From Bacteroidetes bacterium HGW-Bacteroidetes-17 (GTDB taxonomy: Bacteria > Bacteroidota > Bacteroidia > Bacteroidales > GCA-2711565), in NCBI GenBank assembly GCA_002840985.1, contig PHDM01000003.1, positions 1 to 62,583 on the forward strand: a DNA stretch of 62,583 nucleotides. Reading direction: 5' to 3'. Positions within the stretch are counted from its first letter, which is position 1. Every line of letters begins with the position of its first letter. Below, in pieces: positions 55,720 to 62,583 of this stretch. Both the position numbers and the translations under genes were made by a program. The notes under the pieces are model-generated. The model worked only from the letters and a program-made list of their open reading frames with translations, searched no databases and was not told where the DNA came from.

Positions 55720-57138
55720 TTATTTGGGACGATAAAGTATGCGGTTTCCGTTTTGATAAATGGCAACGAATGCATCTGTAAGTCCATTTCCCTTTAGCTG
55801 TTTGCTATACGCCACAGCATCATCGTATAATTCAAAATAACCAGCCGAATAACGATAAACTCCATTTTGAGCTGAAACAAAAATTTGTTTACTTATAAAA
55901 TATTTCAGGCGTAAATCTGGAATATTCGTAGCAGGTTTTTGTGATGCCATGATTTGTACGGTATAAAAAATACCGGTTTGTGGAATCTGAATTACTTCTG
56001 TACTTAGCGTATTTGAATTAACATTGTCTACTATAATGGCTTGATTTGCATTACCGGCCAATAGATTAGAATTTTTCACACCGGTTATAAAATGTTTACC
56101 TTCATCTATGGTAATGATCTCGCTTGGCGGTGGGTCTTCTTCTTTAATATTTGAATTTACATCCTTGTTAGTAGTATTCTTTTGATCTCTAAAACTATAC
56201 TGTGGGTCATATTCAGCAACTTTTGGCAAGTTTGCAGATACACTTTTTCTTCCCCAGCCTCTTTTATTAGAATCAATTTGTTTTTTTCGGGCTTGATCTG
56301 CTTCTTCTCTTTCTTGCCGTTTTTGTTCTTTGTCGATGACTCTTTGTTGATATTTACGTTGTTTCTCTAAATCCTTTTCAAAATTGCTGGCAGAGGAACT
56401 TGAAGAAAAATTACGATTTGATCCGGAAAGTTTAAACGACAAACCCAATGATGTAAATAAAAAAGGATCATTTGCACCATTACCTGCTGTATAGGCATCT
56501 AGGTTATCTGAATTTACTATATGATAAACCGATTCTAAATTCAGACCAATATTGGGTGTTAATGTTATATTAACACCTAATCCGACAGGGAAAACGGTAG
56601 ATGGTGTCCAAGCATTACCCCCATCTGGAGATACCCCATATTGTTCAATTACACTCTCATCTGTCGTATTTCGTAAAGTAGACATCCAGTTTGCAATTCC
56701 AAAGCCCGCTAATGCGTATACTTTTAGTGTTCGGTCCGGGTTAAAGCCAAAAAATGCATTACTGAAATTAAAAGTAGTATGCAGGTTAAATTCGGTAAGA
56801 TCTGAATCAAATTTGAGATTTGCTACATCTCCATTGGGCCAATTAATAACTGTACCATGAATCTTAGTACTTAAGAATTGAAGTCCTACAGCGAATATTG
56901 GAGAAAACTGTTTTCTCAAGCCGAACCCAAATCCCATTTTCCAATCTTCCTGGAAAGGAGACTTCGAATGTATATCCCCAAAGTATAAAGTTGGGCCAGC
57001 ACTCACATTAAGATTTAGATTATCCAAAAAGCGATTATTGTCATCATTATAAGACTGTCCTTTTAAAGAAATAGGGTTTAGAAAGATACTAATGAATAAT
57101 CCACTAAGAAATAATATTTTAATCAATCTTTTTTCCAT
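55720..57138 (-). CDS. Outer-membrane beta-barrel protein with C-terminal SPOR-like domain
   Basis: Signal peptide; amphipathic strands (YFGDI, SDNLDAY, SLGLSFKL); C-terminal YTVQIMAS...YRYSAG...DAFVAIYQNG. Confidence 0.7.
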   Translation of the reverse strand: MEKRLIKILFLSGLFISIFLNPISLKGQSYNDDNNRFLDNLNLNVSAGPTLYFGDIHSKSPFQEDWKMGFGFGLRKQFSPIFAVGLQFLSTKIHGTVINWPNGDVANLKFDSDLTEFNLHTTFNFSNAFFGFNPDRTLKVYALAGFGIANWMSTLRNTTDESVIEQYGVSPDGGNAWTPSTVFPVGLGVNITLTPNIGLNLESVYHIVNSDNLDAYTAGNGANDPFLFTSLGLSFKLSGSNRNFSSSSSASNFEKDLEKQRKYQQRVIDKEQKRQEREEADQARKKQIDSNKRGWGRKSVSANLPKVAEYDPQYSFRDQKNTTNKDVNSNIKEEDPPPSEIITIDEGKHFITGVKNSNLLAGNANQAIIVDNVNSNTLSTEVIQIPQTGIFYTVQIMASQKPATNIPDLRLKYFISKQIFVSAQNGVYRYSAGYFELYDDAVAYSKQLKGNGLTDAFVAIYQNGNRILYRPK

Positions 57139-57143
57139 AATAA

Positions 57144-58307
57144 TTATTTACAATATTTCCCCAAACTTTCAAGAGCGGCTCCAAAGCCTAAATCGAAAGA
57201 TTTTTCCCAATCGGCACATGCCCCGGTTAAATCATTAATGTAAAACCGAGCTACTCCTCGATTATAATAATTTTTAACCCAATTTGAATAGTGCATTACA
57301 TTTGTTGGTTGTAAATCGATGGCTTTATCAAAGTCTTCAATAGCGCTTCCAAAATCACCTAATTTTGTTTTAGCTATTCCCCGATACGAATAAATCATCG
57401 AAAAGGCAGTGTCAGACTCTGATTCAATAGCTTTGTCGAAATCATCTATGGCTTCATCATAATTACCTGCCTGATATTTTAAAAAGCCCCAGCTATAAAA
57501 AGCATTATAATCTTTGGCATCGGTAGTTTTTGTTTCGATATTATAAACTTCAGAATCTCTTATAAATTGCTTGAATTGATAATATTTAGCTTCATAATAT
57601 GATACATCGAACAAATTCGGAGCATTATTTGGATCAAGATACCATGAGGTGAGTGACTGTTTTGAAAAAGATCTGATTATTTTAAAATGCACAACTTCTT
57701 TTCCCTTTTCCTGAATAGGTTTTACAGCAAAAATAAGATTTGCCGCATTAAAACTTGTTTGATTTTGAGTAGCCTGTATTTTGGCTACAATTTTATTGTC
57801 AAGGATATCCGGATCGTAATCATGGATCCTGTCGGCGCAAAAAACTCCCATGTCGACAGCGTAAGCTTTATTAAATGGAACTTCCCGTGGTAATATTCTA
57901 ATAAGGTTTTCAGCCTTAAATACAAAAAATTCAACTGACTTGAATGAACGCCATCCTTCTTGAAGTACCGGGAATTCATAATCTCCATCATCGTAAATCA
58001 ATATGAGTACATTATATTGTTTTTTATCAATCAATACTTTTTTTAATTGTATCTGCTCAAAGTTTTCGATTCCTAATTTTTGTTTGGGTGTAGGTCTTTT
58101 ATTGGTTTTGAAATCAGCATAAGGGATTTTGTTTTTCAAACTTGTCCATTTGCCATTGTCTTGCAATGACCATCCAATAACGTTTTCAAGGGTTGATTGA
58201 ACGCCACTGATTACAGAAAAATTAATTTCAGTACCAGCCGCAGGCTGTGATATTAGCGAAGCAAAAGGAAATATGATGATAAAAAGAATGATCAGTGTTT
58301 TCTTCAT
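57144..58307 (-). CDS. Secreted TPR-repeat protein
   Basis: ATG at 58307 (MKKTLIILF signal peptide); three C-terminal TPRs (EAIDDFDKAI, YSYRGIAK, YYNRGVAR..GACADW). Confidence 0.85.
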   Translation of the reverse strand: MKKTLIILFIIIFPFASLISQPAAGTEINFSVISGVQSTLENVIGWSLQDNGKWTSLKNKIPYADFKTNKRPTPKQKLGIENFEQIQLKKVLIDKKQYNVLILIYDDGDYEFPVLQEGWRSFKSVEFFVFKAENLIRILPREVPFNKAYAVDMGVFCADRIHDYDPDILDNKIVAKIQATQNQTSFNAANLIFAVKPIQEKGKEVVHFKIIRSFSKQSLTSWYLDPNNAPNLFDVSYYEAKYYQFKQFIRDSEVYNIETKTTDAKDYNAFYSWGFLKYQAGNYDEAIDDFDKAIESESDTAFSMIYSYRGIAKTKLGDFGSAIEDFDKAIDLQPTNVMHYSNWVKNYYNRGVARFYINDLTGACADWEKSFDLGFGAALESLGKYCK

Positions 58308-58502
58308 TTGATTCGTTTTTAACATTTATCGAGATGACAACAATCAATGGATGAAATTATTGTTAAGCAAAGTAAATTTATAAAAAAAATAGTCTAAACC
58401 TATATCTTTATCGCAATTTAATGCAAATTTTATCAACATAAATAGTTAACAGCGTGTACACTAAATTATGTGTTTAAAATAATTGGCTACATAAATAATT
58501 GG

Positions 58503-61115
58503 TTATAAGAGAGATGTTATTTTAGTAAGTGCTTTCGCAATCCCATTTATATTTGAACCACCGGCAGTAGCCAGATGGGGCTGTCCACCACCACCACCTT
58601 GAATCTCCTTTGCAATTTCTCTAATCATTTTTGAGGCATCGTATCCTTTTTCGGTAACAAGATGTTCTGAAATCATCAAACTTAAGTTTGCTTTCCCATT
58701 GTTTTCACTTGCCAATAGCAATACCATTCTGTCAATTTCTTTATTCAATGAAAAAGACAGATCCCGAATGCTTTCCATATCCAGATCAACTTTCTTAGTG
58801 ATAAGATTTATCCCTGAAATTTCAATTGCCTCATTTTTGAGTTCTTCTAATATTAAAGCCGCTTTGCCTTTATTAAAACTTTCAACTTGTTTAGATAATT
58901 GCTGATTCTGTTCAATCAGTTTCTGAATGGCCCTCAAAAGATCCTTAGGGTGCTTGAGCATAGCATTGATACTATCAAGTGTTTTTTCTTTTTCCTGATA
59001 ATAAGCTACGGCCACCTTAGCTGTTATTGCTTCAATCCTTCTGACACCTGCAGCAATTGCTCCTTCGGATATTATTTTAAACAAACCAATTTGGCCAGTG
59101 CTTGCAACGTGAATTCCTCCACATAATTCGGTTGAGAAGTTTTTATCAAATCGGATTACCCGGACATTGTCACCATATTTTTCGCCAAATAATGCCATGG
59201 CACCCATTGATTTTGCTTCAGCAATAGGTAAATCATGAAAAATTTCAATTGGAATATTTTCTCTTATTTTAGCATTGACGATTTCTTCTATGTCTGATAA
59301 TTCTTCCTCGCTTAATTTTGAGAAATGGGAAAAGTCAAATCTCAATCTTTGAGGTTCAACCAGTGATCCTTTCTGTTCAACATGCGTTCCTAAAACCCGA
59401 CGAAGTGCTGCATGCATTAAATGAGTGGCGCTATGATTGTTAGCTGTAAGTTGACGATCGGATTTAACAACTGCAGCTTTTACAATTCTATCATTCGGAA
59501 TCAGGAATTCATTTGTGAAATGAACGGTAAGATTATTGTCCTTTTTGGTATCAAAAACTTCAACATTTTTGTCTTTAAAATAAAATAGCCCTTTATCACC
59601 TACCTGCCCGCCTGATTCAGCATAAAATGGAGTTCTGTCTAATACTACTTCAAAATATTTTTTATTTTTTGCCTCCACCTTGCGATATTTGATAATTTTT
59701 GCATCGGCAGTAAGTTCAGTATAACCTAAAAATTCTGTTTCGTTCACCTGATCATTTAATATTACCCAGTCATCAGTATTTACAGCCGCAGCTTTTCTTG
59801 AACGATCTTTCTGTTCAATGAGCCTTTTTTCAAATCCGTTCATATCAACTTTCCATCCTTCTTCGGTGGCCATAAGTTGCGTTAAATCAATAGGGAATCC
59901 AAAGGTGTCGAAGAGCTCAAAAGCAAAGTTGCTATCAATGGTTTTATTCTTATGGTTTAGCAAATATTGTTCAAATCTTTTCACTCCCTGAGCAAGGGTT
60001 CTTAAAAATGAAAGTTCTTCTTCTGCAATAACTTTTTTTACCAATTCCTGCTGCGCCACAAGATTTGGAAATGCATGCCCCATTTGTTTTACAAGTGTTG
60101 GAACCAGATCATTAATGAAAGGTTCATTAAATCCTAAAAAGGTATATCCATATCTGATACCCCTTCTAAGGATTCTTCGAATGACATATCCTGCACCTGT
60201 ATTCGAAGGTAATTGTCCATCCGAAATAGCAAAACTAACTGCACGTAAATGATCGGCAATAACCCTCATAGCAATATCAACATCTTGGCTTTCCCCATAT
60301 TTTTTATTTGATAAGCGGGCGATTTCCTGAATGATGGGTTGGAAAATATCGGTATCATAATTTGATTGAACGCCTTGTAAAACCATACTCAATCTTTCAA
60401 ATCCCATTCCTGTATCAACATGTTTAGCAGGCAATGAAACCAGTTCTCCATTTGCTTTACGGTTGAATTCGATAAACACTAAATTCCAAATTTCTATGAC
60501 CAATGGATGGTCCTTATTAACTAATTGATCACCGGATATTTTTTCTTTTTCTGATTGGTTACGGATATCAATATGGATTTCAGAGCAAGGCCCACATGGT
60601 CCGGTATCACCCATTTCCCAAAAATTATCTTTTTTTGATCCAAATAATATGCGGTTCTCAGGAACAATTTCCTTCCAAAAATTCAACGCTTCATCATCTT
60701 GAGTAAGCTTATCTTTATCGTCTCCTCCAAAAACAGTGATATAAAGATTTTCAGCGGGTATTTTATATACTTCTGTTAATAGTTCCCAGGCCCAGGCAAT
60801 GGCTTCTTTTTTGAAATAATCTCCAAACGACCAATTACCCAGCATCTCAAACATGGTATGATGATAGGTATCCCGTCCAACTTCTTCAAGGTCATTGTGT
60901 TTTCCGGATACACGCAAACATTTCTGGGTATCTGCAATACGTTTATTTATGATGGCCGAATTTCCGAGAAAAATATCCTTGAATTGGTTCATTCCTGCAT
61001 TGGTAAACATTAATGTCGGATCATTTTTAATCACCATCGGTGCTGATTCAACGATCTGATGACTTTTTTGCTCAAAAAAATCTAAAAATGCCTGTCTAAC
61101 CTGATTTGAGTTCAT
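58503..61115 (-). CDS. alaS: Alanine--tRNA ligase
   Basis: FTNAGMNQFK, FEMLGNWSFGDYFK, DTGMGFER, HSATH, ELCGG, GGGGG. Confidence 0.99.
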   Translation of the reverse strand: MNSNQVRQAFLDFFEQKSHQIVESAPMVIKNDPTLMFTNAGMNQFKDIFLGNSAIINKRIADTQKCLRVSGKHNDLEEVGRDTYHHTMFEMLGNWSFGDYFKKEAIAWAWELLTEVYKIPAENLYITVFGGDDKDKLTQDDEALNFWKEIVPENRILFGSKKDNFWEMGDTGPCGPCSEIHIDIRNQSEKEKISGDQLVNKDHPLVIEIWNLVFIEFNRKANGELVSLPAKHVDTGMGFERLSMVLQGVQSNYDTDIFQPIIQEIARLSNKKYGESQDVDIAMRVIADHLRAVSFAISDGQLPSNTGAGYVIRRILRRGIRYGYTFLGFNEPFINDLVPTLVKQMGHAFPNLVAQQELVKKVIAEEELSFLRTLAQGVKRFEQYLLNHKNKTIDSNFAFELFDTFGFPIDLTQLMATEEGWKVDMNGFEKRLIEQKDRSRKAAAVNTDDWVILNDQVNETEFLGYTELTADAKIIKYRKVEAKNKKYFEVVLDRTPFYAESGGQVGDKGLFYFKDKNVEVFDTKKDNNLTVHFTNEFLIPNDRIVKAAVVKSDRQLTANNHSATHLMHAALRRVLGTHVEQKGSLVEPQRLRFDFSHFSKLSEEELSDIEEIVNAKIRENIPIEIFHDLPIAEAKSMGAMALFGEKYGDNVRVIRFDKNFSTELCGGIHVASTGQIGLFKIISEGAIAAGVRRIEAITAKVAVAYYQEKEKTLDSINAMLKHPKDLLRAIQKLIEQNQQLSKQVESFNKGKAALILEELKNEAIEISGINLITKKVDLDMESIRDLSFSLNKEIDRMVLLLASENNGKANLSLMISEHLVTEKGYDASKMIREIAKEIQGGGGGQPHLATAGGSNINGIAKALTKITSLL

Positions 61116-61170
61116 CCTATTATAACATTTTTTAACATTTGCTTGTTAACTATTATCTTTTAACAGATTG

Positions 61171-61197
61171 CAAATTTAGTTTATTTAATTAATTTTG
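61171..61197. promoter_or_regulatory. Back-to-back -7 promoter elements for alaS and the M23 gene
   Basis: Minus TAAATTTG at 61171-61178; plus TAATTTTG at 61190-61197. Confidence 0.6.
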
Positions 61198-61251
61198 CAC
61201 AAACGCCTTTATTATTCTAACAAAATAAGAGGTTGTTCGTTAAACGGAAAT

Positions 61252-62217
61252 ATGTTCAAAGCCAAATACAAATACAATCCTAAAACCTTATCGTACGAAA
61301 AGGTTAAGCTTACCACTAAAGGTATGGTAACCAGATTGTTATCTTATATGATCACAGGTGGTTTATTCGGGGTGCTTGTAATTTTACTGGCATATAATTT
61401 CTTTGAATCCCCTAAAGAAAGGGCACAGCGCAGGGAAATAGAACAATTTAAGTTACAGTATAAAATTCTGGATGATCGTATCGCACAAATGGCAGCAGTG
61501 ATGGAAGATATGCAGGATCGCGATGATAATATTTATAGAGTAATATTAGAAGCTGAACCGATTCCTAATTCTGTTCGAAAGGCAGGGTATGGAGGTGTTG
61601 ACAGATATGCTAAGCTTGACGGATATCGGAATTCAAGCACCATGATTGAAACGACAAAGAAATTAGATCATCTTACAAGTCAGATATATGTGCAGTCAAA
61701 ATCATTCGATGAATTATTCGATCTTGCAAAAAACAAAGAAGAAATGATGCTGCACATTCCGGCGATTCAACCTATAAATAAAAATAAGGGTCAGATTATT
61801 TCCGGATTTGGGATGAGATTTCACCCAATCCTTAAATTTCGTAGAATGCACACTGGAATCGATATTTCGGCGCCCAGAGGTACTCCTATATATGCAACAG
61901 CTGATGGTGAAGTTAATTTTACCGGTCGACAAGGAAGTTATGGTAACACAGTAATTATTGATCATGGATATGGTTATCAGACCTTATTTGGCCACATGTA
62001 TGAATTTACGGTTAAACGCAAGGATAAAGTAAAACGTGGTCAAATCATAGGTTATGTGGGAAGTACCGGTTTATCACAAGCACCCCATGTGCATTATGAA
62101 GTGATAAAAGACGGAATAAAAATTAATCCGGTTAACTTCTTTTATAATGATTTTACTCCTGAAGAATTTGAAAGAATACTTGAACTTGCCTCACGTGATA
62201 ATCAAGTATTATCTTAA
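61252..62217 (+). CDS. M23 family metallopeptidase (MepM/NlpD-like)
   Basis: HTGID (HxxxD), PHVHYEV (HxH); N-terminal TM helix and coiled coil; ATG at 61252. Confidence 0.93.
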   Translation: MFKAKYKYNPKTLSYEKVKLTTKGMVTRLLSYMITGGLFGVLVILLAYNFFESPKERAQRREIEQFKLQYKILDDRIAQMAAVMEDMQDRDDNIYRVILEAEPIPNSVRKAGYGGVDRYAKLDGYRNSSTMIETTKKLDHLTSQIYVQSKSFDELFDLAKNKEEMMLHIPAIQPINKNKGQIISGFGMRFHPILKFRRMHTGIDISAPRGTPIYATADGEVNFTGRQGSYGNTVIIDHGYGYQTLFGHMYEFTVKRKDKVKRGQIIGYVGSTGLSQAPHVHYEVIKDGIKINPVNFFYNDFTPEEFERILELASRDNQVLS

Positions 62218-62246
62218 ACATAGATTGTTAATTTTTCAAACTACGA

Positions 62247-62583
62247 ATGTTGCCTGCTAAATATCAAAAAGTTGAAAAGCTTTACTATACCATTGGTGAA
62301 GTGGCCAAGATGTTTAATGTCAATGTTTCTTTAATAAGATTTTGGGAAAAAGAATTCGAGATTATCAAGCCAAAGAAAAACAAGAAGGGAAACCGTTTAT
62401 TTACCCCGACTGACATCGATAATTTTCATGTAATTTATCATTTGGTTAAAGAAAGAGGATTTACGCTTCAGGGAGCTAAAGACAAATTGAAAGAAAACCC
62501 GGAGGATACTGCAAAGAATGTAGAAGTAGTTAAATCTTTAGAGAAAATAAAAGCATATCTCTTGGATCTGAAGGGAAAACTTA
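62247..62583 (+). CDS. MerR family transcriptional regulator, 3' end runs off the window
   Basis: Not in the ORF track: MLPAKYQKVEKLYYTIGEVAKMFNVNVSLIRFWEKEF...KGNRLF...GFTLQGAK. Confidence 0.9.
   Translation, partial: MLPAKYQKVEKLYYTIGEVAKMFNVNVSLIRFWEKEFEIIKPKKNKKGNRLFTPTDIDNFHVIYHLVKERGFTLQGAKDKLKENPEDTAKNVEVVKSLEKIKAYLLDLKGKL

Overview
AT-rich chromosomal window from a Bacteroidota bacterium, probably an environmental Bacteroidales lineage. Support for this: TAnnTTTG -7 promoters, mostly SD-less starts, fusA not followed by tuf, secY-map without adk, and the alaS-M23-MerR cluster. In order it contains an ABC transporter pair, a lipoprotein nuclease, a four-gene carbohydrate cluster without SusC/D (GH127, GalM, a large FGE-fold fusion, an (alpha/alpha)6 glycosidase), and a run of exported accessory proteins, one of them an MBL-fold gene split by an in-frame TGA. 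Next come grpE-dnaJ, DUF4290-murA, uvrD/pcrA, an accessory block with cassette-like boundaries, plsC, a Cys-tailed SigZ-type ECF sigma with an ArsP-like permease, and an S9 peptidase. The second half holds the complete str-S10-spc-alpha ribosomal protein cluster (rpsL to rplQ), eno, a GH2-like protein with a degenerate active site, a beta-barrel/SPOR-like protein, a TPR protein, alaS, an M23 peptidase and a partial MerR gene. I saw no rRNA, tRNA, CRISPR array, transposase or integrase. Best leads: (1) a sigma54-type promoter plus two palindromic boxes upstream of grpE-dnaJ; (2) a rod-shaped structured RNA candidate between two promoters upstream of rpsL; (3) the ECF sigma/permease module with a candidate promoter; (4) the GH2 pseudo-enzyme; (5) the FGE-fold fusion as a possible new CAZyme; (6) attC-like cassette remnants. 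All family calls come from motif recognition by eye, not database searches.
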